A stretch of 64,000 bases of DNA from Camelus dromedarius (GCF_036321535.1 NC_087465.1:6200001-6264000), one strand, 5' to 3'; counted from the stretch's first letter, positions 1-13,575 are shown. Made by a program: numbers and translations. Notes: generated by a model from the sequence alone, not told the origin.

Positions 1-689
1 ATAATTACCTGCACAGAAATACCAGAAGTTCTGTTGATTTATTTCAGAAGAGAGAGACCACTTCTGGAAGAGTGGTGGCAGTTAAAATAACCACTTTATG
101 AACCTTGTGATAATCCACTGTCATTCGTTCTCCAAAACTCATCTTTCCTCAGCATCACCCTGAGGTCTCTTGCCTATAAACACTTCTGGTTCCAACTCCT
201 TTCCAATGAGCATCCTTGGTCAGAAGCAACAGAAACTGACTCTGGCTGAGTTAGGTGCTTTACGGCCCCCTACATATTTGGTTAAGGAACGTTATCTCTG
301 CTGTTCTCCCAGAGATAAAGCATAGTTTCCGATTTACTGTTTGCCAGGGGCAGTCAGTACGCTTCAAGGACTTCAATCCAATTCACTGATCATAGTAGCT
401 TTTGCTCCATTTCCTAAGTGAGGATTCCACGAATTGTTGAGATGACAACCTCAGTACCTGGGGGAAGGGTTTAAGATTTTACTGAATCTCCCGGGAGAGG
501 ACTTTGGTCAAAACGCTATTTCTTACCTCACTGCCTGAAAGCTCCCTCTCTGACTAAAGGACAGTGTTCCAGGTCTCCAGGCGTGAGTGTTTTCATACTG
601 TTGTTTGGCAGCCTATGCAAAATGGCAACCCTAGTGCCATACAAAACCATTTGCTCTCACTTCAGCCATGCATTTTTTGATGCTCTGAT

Positions 690-1135
690 GAAGGGAGTGT
701 ATTCTTGGGGCCTTCTTGGAGACATGGTAAGTTTGAGGGACTGTATTTCACTTTATTCCCTTATGATAAATCTGCTTGGCAACAGTCATCCCTCTCTAAA
801 CTCGAAGTCTTTGGAGTGATTCCTTCATCCACATTTTATCAAGTAGTTTTGGGCATCTCAAGCTCACTCGGCAGGGACCGTCAATAAGCACAGACTTCAG
901 TTGGTGAAACAAATAAATAACTGAAATGGTTCCCAGCTGCCTGAGCTAACTCGATGCACCCAGACTCTCTGGAAAATGCACCCGTGTCAATTACATTCAG
1001 TTCAGTCTACGAATGTGTACTTCCCTCCTTAGCGTGGCTCTTCAGACTACACCCCCATGTGTATTTGCCAGATTGCGCTAAAATAAACCACTTATTTTGT
1101 ATGTAAAGTCTTTTCTGCTCAGGTTTCGGATTACA
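690..1135 (+). mobile_element. Possible old ERVL-type LTR remnant
   Basis: Ends with AATAAA (~1081) followed by a T-rich tract and a terminal ...GATTACA, an LTR-like 3' architecture; family not identified. Confidence 0.3.
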
Positions 1136-2259
1136 CTCGACCTTTCAGAACATCCTGGGACCTGACTTTAGTCATGGAGCCAACTAGAAGCCCAAGAGTT
1201 CTGCAGGCATGGGGCACGAGGACAGTCCTTGCTCCAGTGCAGTCATGGGGGGGTCATCCACAAGGCAGCCATGGCTTTGTCGGAGAAGGAAGGATGGACT
1301 GTCACAGCCTTCGTGGAAGGTGCAGGGGGAGCCAGAAGATCTAGCACTCAGAGCCTCTTGGATCCTCCCTAGACCCCTATTCCACTCCTAGGCTTTTATT
1401 CTTTCCTAATCAGTGCCCTAAAATTTGCATAAAAGACCTAGTAAAGCTTTGAATTCAATTGGCAATGTAGTTCATTGGCCTCATGATCCAACTTCGAGTC
1501 TGGCTGTTGGCTTCCTCAGACTTACCTGCAAGAAATAAGAGTTTATCTTAACTGTCACACAAGTCCCATGTTTTCTGACTATGCTTTGGCCAAGAATTCC
1601 CATATTTGAGCCCCACCCTTAGATTTTTGATTCCTTGTGACCTTCATACTGTTGTTTGGCGGCAGTCACACGTGCCCCTGAAGCCTGCCCTGAATGGGCG
1701 CTTTATTCGGAGGACTACAGGTCGTGGTGAAGCACTTTGCCACTGGGCCTGACAGTCACATTTTACCGGCACTTTTTTCCTGCTATCTGCCACAGCTAGA
1801 CCTGATAACCAATCCCAGATTTCCCTCATTACCTCGAGGTCTGTTTCCTATAACCACTTCTGTTTCCAATTTCTCCATGTGTGAGCATTCTTAGTTATAA
1901 GCAGCAGAACCTTGCTGTGGTTGATTTAAGCAGAAAAGAAACTCAATAAAAAAAGATGTTGGGAACCTCAGAGAATCTAGGAGGGTGAGAGAAGAAGGAA
2001 TAAGACCCCCAGATCACATCACAGAATCTATCCAAGGAAGACCCCTGGTTATCGTCTCATGGTTATCTGTGCAGCTCCCACCCCGACACCCCTGGCTGCA
2101 GTCATGAGACAGAAGCATCGGCACTATTGAATCTGCTTTCTCAGGAACTTCACTTGCTCCAGTGGTCCCTGAGCCAGACAGCACTTCTGTACCTCCCGAC
2201 ATAAGGTGCCATGGAGGATATGTTACCTCTGAAGAGTCCTTCCCAGCGATGCAGGACCT

Positions 2260-2672
2260 CAGTCTAATCATGAGGAAACAGCAGGCAAAGCCAACTTGAG
2301 GACCATTCTACAAAATAAGTGACCAGCACTCTACAGCAGCGTCAAGATTGTGAAAGACTGGGAGAGACTCAGGAACCGTCACTGACTGGAGGAGACAAGG
2401 AGATATGATAGCTAAAGGCAATGTGGGTTACTGGGTTGGGTCCCTGAACAGAAAAAGGACACTAGTGAAAAAACCGTGAAATCCAAGTGAAGCCTGCAGT
2501 TTAGCTAATAGAATTATACTAACGTTAATTTCTCAGTTTTGATCACTGTATGATGGTTATGTAAGGAGTTGACATGGGGGGAGAGAGCCATATGGGGAAC
2601 GTATGGGAACTCTCTCTTATTTTGGCAGATCTTCAATACGTCTAAAATCATCTCAACATCAAAAGTTAAAAC
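2260..2672 (+). mobile_element. Ancient L1 (L1MC/L1ME-type) 3' UTR fragment
   Basis: Matches the recalled L1MC 3' end (gtctaatcatgaggaaaca...ctgaacagaaaaaggacactagtg...gttaatttctcagttttgat...atgggaactctct...aaaagttaaaa). Confidence 0.75.
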
Positions 2673-3084
2673 TCACGAACAAACAAGCAATATTATGGCC
2701 TATAATCAATGGCACATTTGAATGGAGGGGAAAATGCTCTGTTTTCTCTTCTTGAACTGCTGTTTCCCTGAGTTACTACATCAGGGTTACTAGATACCAG
2801 GTATCAGCAGAGAGAGGAGGAAGTTGGCCGGGGTGGGAGGGAGAGAGAGAAACGGGCAAAGAGTGGGTGGGGAAACCCCATGACAAACTCCTGGGGAAGG
2901 TATTTTTAAGCAGGCATTTGATGTGCCTTAAATTCTGCCCCCAAATGATTTGCTTATGGGACTGGCCTTGGAGATCATGATTTATCCATCTGGGATTAGG
3001 AGGAAGAACACCCTAATAATCATAATAGGCAGTCTTGGTCATCTGAGCTAGTCTCTTATTTAGAAACAATTTTCCTTCTAATTA

Positions 3085-3264
3085 CAGTGCTGTCCAATAG
3101 GAACTTCTGTGATGATGGGAATGTTCTATATCTATGCTGTTCTATGCTGTTGCCACTAGCCGCTTGTGGCCATGTTGCACTTGAAAAGTGGCTCGTGTGG
3201 TGGAAGAACATGTTTGGATGTAGACAGCCATGGTGGCTAATGGCTGCCATGTTGGGTAGTGCAG
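3085..3264. mobile_element. MER3 (hAT-Charlie MITE)
   Basis: Begins cagtgctgtccaataggaacttctgtgatgatgggaatgttctatatct, contains gccactagcc and ends gttgggtagtgcag; close to the MER3 consensus. Confidence 0.8.
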
Positions 3265-3859
3265 CTCTAATAACTAACCAACTTAAGTGTTGTTTTCCTG
3301 TTGATCATATGACTCAATACAAAGAGATATAATTTTTAAAATGTGTATATATATGTGTAATCAACTACCCGAACCCCAAAGACGTATTGAAGTAAGGACT
3401 GGCTGAATGCATAGTTTAACAGTTGGTAAATAAGTAAATTGGTAAATCATGGAATTTCATAGCTGGATGAGACCTTAGTCTGTTGCAACCTCCTCACCTT
3501 GTGGACAAAGCAGGAGACCACTGGGAATATGTGCTTTTCCGAGGATCAAGGGTGAGATAAAGACAAAGGCAGGACTAGAACCAGGTCTCCCCAGCCTCAT
3601 TCCAGGGCTGTGAACACTTGCATGTTGCCTCACACACCTAGAACTAAAGATGACATTTGCAACGTCATTCACACGAAACCCGTGAACATGCCACTGAGCA
3701 GTAGGTGCCCTGACTCTGCCCCCCCTTCCCACCTCCCTCCTCCCCAGCCGCCACTGCTGAGCCTTATCAAGATAGCCCACATGTGACGTGTGAAGAACAC
3801 TTCTAACAAAAAGTGGCAAAGCTGCTGCCTAGCCACATGGTCTGTCTTCTGGTCCCAGG

Positions 3860-4071
3860 NNNNNNNNNNNNNNNNNNNNNNNNNNNNNNNNNNNNNNNNN
3901 NNNNNNNNNNNNNNNNNNNNNNNNNNNNNNNNNNNNNNNNNNNNNNNNNNNNNNNNNNNNNNNNNNNNNNNNNNNNNNNNNNNNNNNNNNNNNNNNNNNN
4001 NNNNNNNNNNNNNNNNNNNNNNNNNNNNNNNNNNNNNNNNNNNNNNNNNNNNNNNNNNNNNNNNNNNNNNN
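3860..4071. other. Assembly gap (212 N)
   Basis: Run of N. Confidence 0.99.
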
Positions 4072-4804
4072 TGGAAAAAAAAAAGTTGTTTAAAACTATG
4101 ATGAATATTACCAGAGCTACTTTCTTAACCAGTTTACTTTCCAAAGATGAGTAGAGAATTCCATGAATCTAGAGTCTTAAGAAAAGGAAGAAGATGGCAA
4201 ACCAGAATAAATTGGGGAATTCAGCAGAAAATGTATGTGAGTCTCATCCTCGAGGATGTCTCTGTTCTTCTAAAACGACCAACACAGTGTAAGTCTGCTA
4301 GTGGGGCAAACGTTGGGAAAACCCATCCTCAAATGGAAGTTTGAAGTTGCAAAGATAAGTGATGACTTCTCAACAGGTTTGTGTGTGATGGAGCCTGGTA
4401 CAGAGATATTCCAGTTTTTTTTTTCTCATGTGAATTTGGGGTCCTTGAAATGGTGTTTCTTACAACTTTTCTCCTGAGAGGCAAAGACCAAAACTTACAT
4501 TTTATGCCACTTCACTTGAGTAAGAGCCCACTTTAGTGAAGTTCCAAATTCACTTACCGACATTGAATGTTTCTTTCTTCGTTTGCTCAAGGTCTTTTCT
4601 AAGTGGGACCTGAAGCCTATGGCCACTGACGAATCTCCTACGTGAATTAATTTCTGCTGACTGTAAACACGCGCGGGATCACAGTGACATCCCAAGCATT
4701 CTCTACAGCCTCAGGATGCCCAGAGGAGGGCGGCGCTTTGTCGATAACCTATACGCACATCAGTTATCACAGGCACTGCATAAATAATTAAGATGGGGGA
4801 GAAG

Positions 4805-5020
4805 CAACTGATATTTACCGAACATGTTCTATGTGCTGGGCATTTTTCATCCATTATCTCTTACAGTCCTTTGAGATGGACAGTATTACTGTCACCTTCA
4901 CTGATGATGAAACTGAGGCAAAAAGAACTGAAGCAACTTGCCCCAGGGCAGCAAACAACCAAGTGACAGTCAGCATTTGAATTCAGATTTCTGTGACTCA
5001 GACCCTAAACTTCTAACCCT
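4805..5020 (-). mobile_element. MIR SINE
   Basis: Antisense MIR core: actgatgatgaaactgaggca...aacttgccccagggc...atttgaattcag. Confidence 0.75.
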
Positions 5021-5609
5021 TCTATTAGTCTGCTATCTTTTGATGGAAAGAGTAGACAGGGACCAGACCGATGGTTAATAGGGCCCCATGCCTTGTGGCA
5101 GATTATTTCTGGTCTTGGCTCCACTCCGGCCCCATCCCCTAACTCTCCAGGGAGCAGGCGTAGCTGCGGAAAGTCGATAGGACTATTTGCCTTCAGTGAC
5201 TTTCCCTCCTTGCTCCACGCTCCTTCCTTCCACCCCCATCCCCATCCCCTGCCTCTGTCCTCTGGTCTCAGTTTTTCTAGGTCCTCTGGCGTCCTCTCAG
5301 ATCATATCACGTCTCCATCATGTCTGGGTTCAGTGTGTAAAGGGAATGCTAACTGAACCGTTTCTCCTTTAAGGTTATCGTAGGCCCTCTGAGGACACCA
5401 CACCTTGACTTCCTGCGTGTCTTGGAGGTGGGCGTTGTTGCTACACTGTCCCCCCCACCCCGTGCAGAGCTCCCACAAAAGTGCTCCCTCGGTGAGGTCA
5501 GTAGCGGTCAGGGAGGAAACGCTGCTCTTAGCATCCACCATCACAGTGCTCTTGGGAAAGCCAAACCTTTGTGTTGCTGAACTCTTACCCTTTGAAGTAT
5601 CTAGGAACT

Positions 5610-6745
5610 ATTTTATTTTTTTCCAGTTTTACTGAGATATAATGGACACGTGGTACTGTGTAGGTATAAGGTGTACAGCATAAGGATTTGACTTACATAC
5701 GTCATGAAAAGATCACAATAGGTTTGGCGAACATCCACCATCTCAGAGATACAACAGGAAAGAAATAGGAACAATGTGTATTTTTTCCTTGTGATGAGAA
5801 CTCTTAGGATTTACTCTCTTAACAACTTTCATATATAACATACAGCAGGGTTAATTATATTAATCATGTTGCCCATTACACCCCTAGAACTTAAGTATCT
5901 TATAATTGGAAGTTTGGACCTTTGACTGCCTTCATCCAATTTCCCCCTCGCCTCCACCTCTGGTAACCACAGATCTGATCACTTTTCCTATGAATTTGTT
6001 TGTTCTCGAGGTACAACTGACCTCCAACACTATGTTAGTTCCTGTTACACAGCATGGTGCTTTGCTATTTCTATACATCTCAAACTGACCATCCCAATAA
6101 GTCTCGTGACCTTGTCACCACTCAGAGATAGTGTGTAACTGCTGACTGTATTCCCCACACTGTACATTTCATCCCTGCAACTCATTTATTTCGTAACTGA
6201 AAGTTTGTACCTCTTCATCTCTCTCACCTATTTCTCTCCTCCCTCCCTCTACCGCCCCCCCCAACTCTGGCAAACACCTGTTTGTTCCCTGCATCTCAAA
6301 NNNNNNNNNNNNNNNNNNNNNNNNNNNNNNNNNNNNNNNNNNNNNNNNNNNNNNNNNNNNNNNNNNNNNNNNNNNNNNNNNNNNNNNNNNNNNNNNNNNN
6401 NNNNNNNNNNNNNNNNNNNNNNNNNNNNNNNNNNNNNNNNNNNNNNNNNNNNNNNNNNNNNNNNNNNNNNNNNNNNNNNNNNNNNNNNNNNNNNNNNNNN
6501 NNNNNNNNNNNNNNNNNNNNNNNNNNNNNNNNNNNNNNNNNNNNNNCATCATCTATCAATGGGCACTAAGTTTGCTTCCATATCTTGGCTGTTGTAAATA
6601 ATGCTGCAGTGAACATAGGGGTTCAGATATCTTTTCAAATTAATGTTTTCCTTTTCTTCAGATAAATACCCAGGAGTGGAATTACTGGATTGTATGGTAG
6701 TTCTGTTTTTAATTTTTTGAGCAATCTGCATAGTGTTTCCCAAGG
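5610..6745 (-). mobile_element. L1 3' UTR fragment (L1MA9/laurasiatherian type), interrupted by a gap
   Basis: Diagnostic gtgatgagaactcttaggatttactctcttaacaactttc and, after the gap, catctatcaatgggcac...gctgttgtaaataatgctgcagtgaacatagggg...ggagtggaattactggat. Confidence 0.9.
6301..6546. other. Assembly gap (246 N) inside L1
   Basis: Run of N flanked by colinear L1 3' UTR sequence. Confidence 0.99.
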
Positions 6746-9700
6746 GCTACTTTAGAATTATCACAAAGTTTACTTTCTGAAACTGCCCCCTTTAGCTTTT
6801 GTCATATGCTGGAGAAAAGACAGTCCAAATGTCGAAGTATTTTCTGAACAGACTGACCGGGCAGCTGATATTTGGGTGCTGATCTGCATATTATGAGATT
6901 TGATGGTGGTATCTTCACTGGAACAGATGATAATATCACAGCTTAATTCCCACATGTGTATTTGCCTTAGTGAGTTTGGCAAGAAAGGTCAAAAAGGGAA
7001 AAAAAAAGTGGTGGCAGGCAGATTAAGCATGTCACAGTGCAGGCAGCGTTGGCTGTGTGCTCACTCAACAAGCTGCACCTCTCAGAGGCTGAGACGGGTG
7101 TCAGACGTCTGTCCTTCTCTCAGGGGGTCTCAGCTGCCATGTGCCTTTGTGGCCCAATCTCTGTCACTCTGGCATTTAAAGAGATGGATTCTCCACAAAT
7201 GCCCACACAGAAACTCTAAGCAAGCAGTGACCGGTCCAGAAGTGAGGAGAATCCGGACGTATTGGACCTTGGAGAAATGCTCCCCAATGTGGCGGCTTCT
7301 TAAAGGATTTTCAAGGATCCTTTTGCAAATGTTTGACTTTGCCCTGAGAGTCACAGGCGGGACTCCACCAGATGATGAGGGGTGTGTCCTGATAATAATA
7401 GCTGTCACCTGTTAAGAAGCCACTGCATTCCAAGCTTCCTTCCTTCAGCAAGTATGGTGTTAGGTTTGTACAGTATATGCTAGAAAGAATGAGGGCTGGC
7501 CCTTCCAAGCTGAACCCAGCTACACCATTGTCCTCCGAGGAAAGTGCCGGGTCATGCACACCCCACAGGCCCCCACCACGGTGCCTCCTTCTGCATCAGA
7601 GAGGCCTAGAGGGAGGCCCTGCCCTTGTGACTCAGCCTTTCCCCTCTCCCCTTGCTCTGCTTCTCTCCGGGCTGACTTCACTTTGGGGCTGCTGGCAGTG
7701 TTAGCTTCATGACTGCAGCCAGAAGGACTTCTCTTTGCAGTTACGGTAACAGTTCTGGAAGCCAGTTCCATTGGCTTCACTGACCTGGTTTGGGCCCCAG
7801 GCCCATCTCTGTGCTGGTCTCTGCAGCCAGGTGGATATGATGCTCTGACGGGCCAGTCCTGGAGCTGGAGGCAGAGGGGGGTCAGTCTACTCCCTAAAAG
7901 GAAAGCCACGGAATTTGGCGTAGGGAGAAGAATGGGCGGGGAGGGCGGCTCCAAGGACAGTTCCCGCTGCTGCTGCCTGAAGAAAGGACAAGGGATGCTC
8001 ACTGGCAGACACAGCCCAAGCCAGCCTCTCAGAGCCTCAAGTCACTACGTCTTCTCTCCCTCCTCCTCCCTGCTCCCTCCAGCCTCCTCCCTGCTCCCTC
8101 CAGACTCTAGTAACTCAAGGCTTTGTCTGCCTCCCAACTTCCACACCTTCGTGCCCCCTGCTTGCCTTCTTCTCTGATTCTCTTTCCACCTGTGCTCACT
8201 CCACTGTTGTCATATCTTTTTTAACATCTCACACTGCAGTGCCCTGAAAGTTATCTGCTTGGGTTTGTTAGCATCTAGCACAAAGCGTCCGGCAGGACAC
8301 CTCATAGCCACCAACCAGCCTACAGATTGTCTCCTTCAGGTCAGACCCCTTTCCCTGGGATTATCAACCAGAAGAAGAGAGCTGTGCTGTGTACAGATCA
8401 AAGGGGCTGTGTGGAAGGTACAATCAGTGTCTGCTTTGCTCATGGAGCGCAGCAACCAGAGCTTCATGGCCTCAGGAGTACATTCAATATTTTTCAAAAG
8501 GATCAGTCCCCATTATTTCTAGTATATGCCATATAAACCTAAAACAGCACTGGCTGAAAGAAAGATCTTTGTAGAGACAGTTTTATGTGTGTTTTTTTTT
8601 TTTTTTTTTTGAAACTCTAGGTGATACCACTGGTGGGTATATGACTAGATGGAAACTGGAAACCTACCATCTCAATGACTAAAGGAAAATGGGTTTGAGA
8701 AGAAAAGGTGAAAGGGTTTGAGAGAGGCTAAAAGGTGACCACGTGATGTTTTTAGGAAAATAGAGGTTAAAAAGACATTGCTCAGCTATTCCACATGCAC
8801 ACGGAGTGCAGAGCTTGGCGGGTGGGTTTCCAGAGCAGTAGGAAACATCCTTGTTAAACCACAGATGGCAGTCCTGAGAAAAGCCTCTAAAAGCTTCTAA
8901 GAGCATGTTCTTAGATGAATTGATGGAGTCAGGGAGTTTAAAATTTAGAGTTTTGTCATTTGAATTCTAAAATAAAATAGAAATAGGAAGCCCAATACTT
9001 CTTTGATTTTATTTTAGTAAAAGAGACTTTGTTGAATCTAGCATTCTGTCTCCCTCCCACCCCACTGTGATTACTAGTGGGCCAGAGGTGGGTGGGGGGC
9101 ACAAACACAGAATTTAAGGAGGCCCTCCCTCTCCTGCTCAGGTTCCAGCCCTGCATTTGCCTGACAGCGAGTGCCTCCTTAAATTTTGTGTCCTGGGCTC
9201 CTGCCTCTCTTGCCGAAGGAGTGCTGGCCTTCTTCTGGAAGTATGGTGGTTTCATTTTCCTGAAAGCAAAACTTATTGGCAGTTTATATAAGATCAATCA
9301 CTTTATCCTGCTCTTTCTGACCCAGGTTAGTGGACTCAAACTAAAAATGAAAAATTCTGTTTCTAATTGTATGAGAAAGAGAAGGTAAAAATGCAGATTT
9401 TCCTCCATAAAAAAAAATCTTGATTTCACGTTAGCTCGCTTTCTTAAAAAATCCCTGAGGACCATCAAAACACCTCCTCTCCTGGCTGGATCCGTCCCCA
9501 GGGCTGCCAGGTGGCCGCTCGGAGCATTTTCACTTCGGCAATCTGTTTCCTGTAGTCCAAGCACTTCTCCAGACATCTCATGTTCGCCTGTCTTATTAAT
9601 AATTGGCTGCAACCTTTTCAATTTTCCCCTCTAATAGGCTCACAGAGTTGTGTTACTTATCACTTTATGAGCTCAGTTCTTCTAGATTTTTACATTATTC

Positions 9701-9949
9701 CTCTAATGCCTTCAGGTAAATTGAAGGATCACCTGAGTAACTCGATGCTGATGAGGGAGGCTTTGAGGCAAGCACCAACATCTGGGGCCGGGATGTTCTC
9801 TGGAAACCTGGCCTAATTGTCTCCAACTTGCTCAACGTAATCGCATCACGTGTGGCTCTCCTCTAGCAGTGAAAAAAGTCCTGCGAACCGATAAGTGTTT
9901 CCTCTGAAATCAGTGAGACTGCATTAGCCCTCATTTTCTCACTGAATGA

Positions 9950-9995
9950 CACTGTTCATTCATTCACTCACTCATTCATCCATTCATTCATTCAT
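9950..9995. repeat. Degenerate (TTCA)n tract, probably an L2 3' tail
   Basis: ttcattcattcactcactcattcatccattcattcattcatcc. Confidence 0.55.
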
Positions 9996-12198
9996 CCTTC
10001 CAATTGGTAAGAGGATTTACTTTCTACCTCATAATAGTAAAAGTGGAAATTTCTTTTCATTTTCTTGGAAAATATTCCTGGCTTCTTGCCCCACTAGAAA
10101 TAGTTATGTCCATTTAGGAAGATTCTTCTTCATTTATTCCTGGAGGGAAAATCCCTAGAAACTCTGACTTTGGGGTGTCTATTTTCAAGACTGTTGAAAA
10201 AGAACTGCTTTTTGATGAATGTTATGAATCAGGTGAAAATATCTGATGTCGGTGTGCCAACTCGGGGGTGAAGGGTTGTGAGGAGATAAGCATTTTCTGT
10301 TTCAGGGGCTCCCAGTGCCCTGGGGTTTTGCTTTGGTTGGAAAGACGCTGGACCTTTCACCTAGGCGGCTAGTTGGCCGGGCAGGCTGGTTTCCCAGGGA
10401 GCATGGCCCTGGTGAGTCCCCAGTCTGGCTGCGGGGTTCTCGGGGCAAGAAATGAATAGTTAGGTCACTCGGAAGTGGTTGGCTCAGAACTGTCTCTTAC
10501 TTAACCAAAAACCCACGAGAAACTGACATGTCAACCGTAAGTCCAGTTAATTCATACTTAATGCAGAATATATATGCCAGCCACATGGTCGAGGATCCGT
10601 GCAACACGAGGCGGCAGACGTCTGTCCTTCTGGCCTCCATCTCTGATGCAGGGAGGTCAATCCCAGAGCGCATAATAACATTACTCATTCTAAGTAGGAG
10701 GTCAAGTCATCCCTTCCCCACTTCCCCCAGCAATACTGGGGAGAGAATGACAGTTTCTGGGTCAAAGTCCCTTTTTAAAAGTCCCCAACTCAGTAAGTCT
10801 TCCTTGAGGTTGGTTCCCTTCATTCACTCGCTGTGATCGGCCTGAGCTCTTCTTTGCTGACTTGGTATTACCTTCCTGAGAACGTGTTGCTCATGACTCC
10901 GTAAGATGGGGGTTCTCGACTTTCTGTAAGCTGCACTTTCACAGACGTCCCTGGGAGCCCATCACCTCCTCAGACAGCTGATGTCACCCCATACACCACG
11001 GTTTCCCCCGTGTCCCTGGGGGCCTTCCTGAAGGGCTGAATCAGACCCAAGTAGCCTTCACATCCAGACAATCTTTACAACTGCACAAGAGAGAAGAAAC
11101 CATTGATGAAACCAGAGCAAACTGAAGGTTCACTTTGTCTGCTGAACTTTAACATTAGTTACATATAACAGCAAATACGTGTTACGTAGAAGCGCAGGAT
11201 TGGAAAACTCCATCCCCAGCATGCACACGCTCACACACACCCTTTGACATATGAAAGACTAAGTGGACCAGTGAAAATAAAACTGTATACTAACAAACAC
11301 CAAGTGCGTATAATCTCTCCTGCTTGTTATTTTCATAATTAAGTTTGGATGTTACAAAATTCTCCTAAAAAAATCTCAGTTTGGTCTGAATATTTGTATT
11401 TAAAAACCCATCCAATGGAAAGTTAGGTGATGTCTCATATACGCGCTAAATGCCATGCTGAAAATGCGTATCAGTGCCGGTCTGTGTGGGTAGGCTTTTC
11501 TTGTTAACACCCTGGCACAGGCGGAGGTGACTGATACTAAGACCAGCTCTAGGTAGTTTCTCTGCAGCCCACCTTCCCATCCCCTCCCCCTGCAAGCGTA
11601 AGTCGGCTTTCTTTCACAAACATGAAGAGTCAAAGTAAAAACAGCAGCATCAGTTAGTCAGAATGCTCTCCTCACTGGAAAACCACCATTGGAGGGGCCA
11701 GGAAATGACAATTTTCAGCCTCCTGTGGTACGTGAATTATAAACCAAACACAGTGTCATGTGAAACCAGGGAAACTCATGTATTTCAGGAAAATCTCCCC
11801 CTCCCCCTGGGCTCGTTGTGTTTTGTTCCATGTGAATAGAATTCCTGTATTTTCCTACAGAGCGGCGATGGTTCCTGCCGGAAGGAAACAGAAAACTTCA
11901 GTCCTCTGAAGGGGAGCCACTGCATGTGCAGCGGCCAGCCTTTGCGGGAACTCTGCTCACTTCCTTGGTAGGATGTGCGTGCGGGTTTATCTCAGCTGTG
12001 AAAGCAACAAAAAGATAAGACCAACGACTTTTTCCTCATTACAAAAAAAGCTGTTTGCTCACTGTCTGGAGAAAGAGCAAATCCCTAATTTTGAAGGGAC
12101 TCCAGCAATTTAAGGATAAAAACAGCCCCTCCTCTTTTTGAATTTTGCCGTTCTCCTGCGTGAGGGCTTCTTATGGTTTATTCAAAGATTCAGAAGTA

Positions 12199-12504
12199 CA
12201 GCCATCCCTCGGTAGCCAAGGGGNNNNNNNNNNNNNNNNNNNNNNNNNNNNNNNNNNNNNNNNNNNNNNNNNNNNNNNNNNNNNNNNNNNNNNNNNNNNN
12301 NNNNNNNNNNNNNNNNNNNNNNNNNNNNNNNNNNNNNNNNNNNNNNNNNNNNNNNNNNNNNNNNNNNNNNNNNNNNNNNNNNNNNNNNNNNTTCAAGTTC
12401 TGCTCTTTGGAACTTTCTGGAACTCTTCTTTTCCCCCAAGTACTTTTGATTTGAGGGTGGTTGAATCTGAGGACTTAGAACCTGTGCCTAGGGAGGGCCA
12501 ACTG
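12199..12504. mobile_element. MER2-like (TcMar-Tigger) MITE with an internal gap
   Basis: TA|cagccatccctcgg ... ggttgaatc...gagggccaactg|TA: inverted termini flanked by TA target duplications. Confidence 0.75.
12224..12391. other. Assembly gap (168 N) inside MER2
   Basis: Run of N. Confidence 0.99.
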
Positions 12505-12904
12505 TACTATATGAATAGGTCACTGGGTTTGTGGTTACATTTGGCTCCTACTATTGTGAGATAAAACCACGTTTGGCTGGTTTCCTTAGGTAAGAGCAGA
12601 AATGACTGGATGGAATGCCCGTCAACCCGTGCTATTTGAAGAGACATAGTCTGAATTCTCACATACTTTGAAACCTTTAAAAGAAATCAGAAATAGTAGG
12701 AAACATTGCATCTGAAGCCACAGAATACTGTCAACCTCTGTGGCTGGAGTAAGTGGCCAAGATGATGTATTCATCTCTGATGTATTTTACCCCTTCTGTA
12801 AATTTAAGTGGTTCACGAGTTCCTTTTCTATAGAATCCAGTTTGGTCTTAACATTTCTTCCCGATCATGTGTGTTTGTCATTGTGGTTTTGGTTTCAATC
12901 CAGT

Positions 12905-13010
12905 GGTGGGATTTTAGGCAAGTTATTCACCACCCTTGTGCCTCAGTTTCTTCATTTATAAAGTGAGGGTTAAAATAGTATTCACCTGCGAGAGTGCTTC
13001 TGTATTGACT
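12905..13010 (+). mobile_element. MIR fragment
   Basis: ggcaagttattc...gtgcctcagtttcttcatttataaagtgaggg core. Confidence 0.65.
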
Positions 13011-13014
13011 CGTT

Positions 13015-13575
13015 TAACAAATACCATTACGTGTCCCTGAAGCGCCAGGCATGGAGGATATAGCAGAGAGCCTCCCTGAATATGTATCCCTGTCCTGTTG
13101 GCTCTGATGGCTCAGGGACAGAAATGAGCAAGTAAGCAACCAAAAAATAAGCAATTTTACATGATGTTAAGTGTTATGAAGGAAAAATAGGGTGATCTGA
13201 TTGGCTTGAAGGAAGGTCTCCATGAGGTGGAGACACTTAAATTGAAGAATGGAAAAAATTAGCCCAGCAAACGCTCGAGATTCCAGGCAGAGGGAAAGGC
13301 ATGTGCAAAGGCCCTGAGGTGCAAATGTCTTTGAAAGCTGAAGAAGCAGAGTATCAGTCTCTTGGTTGGAGAAAAGTGGTGTGGGCTGCAGGAGTAAATA
13401 GGCAATAGACAGGCCCAGATGGTGCTTGCTTGTGGGCCAAGGGAAGCAGTTGAAGCCAGTTCCTGAGCACTTTGGGAAGCCACTGGAGGGCTTCACTTAA
13501 GAGCAGCACTTGACCTCATTTACGTTTTAAAAAAGAGCTCTCTGGCTACTGTGTTGGGAGGAGACTGGGGAAGAG
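13015..13575 (-). mobile_element. L2 LINE fragment
   Basis: Typical antisense L2 motifs: ccaggcagagggaaaggcatgtgcaaaggccctgagg, tgggaagccactggagggc, tctctggctactgtgttg. Confidence 0.8.

Noticed and set aside
3860-4071. Gap preceded by an acceptor-like tcttctggtcccag, suggesting a masked exon
   Set aside because: No donor consensus after the gap, and the other gaps have no splice borders; assembly gaps are the simpler explanation
3790-4154. ORFs running through N-runs (also at 6.2, 12.2, 26.2, 38.8, 57.3 and 63.3 kb)
   Set aside because: Artefacts: N codons contain no stops
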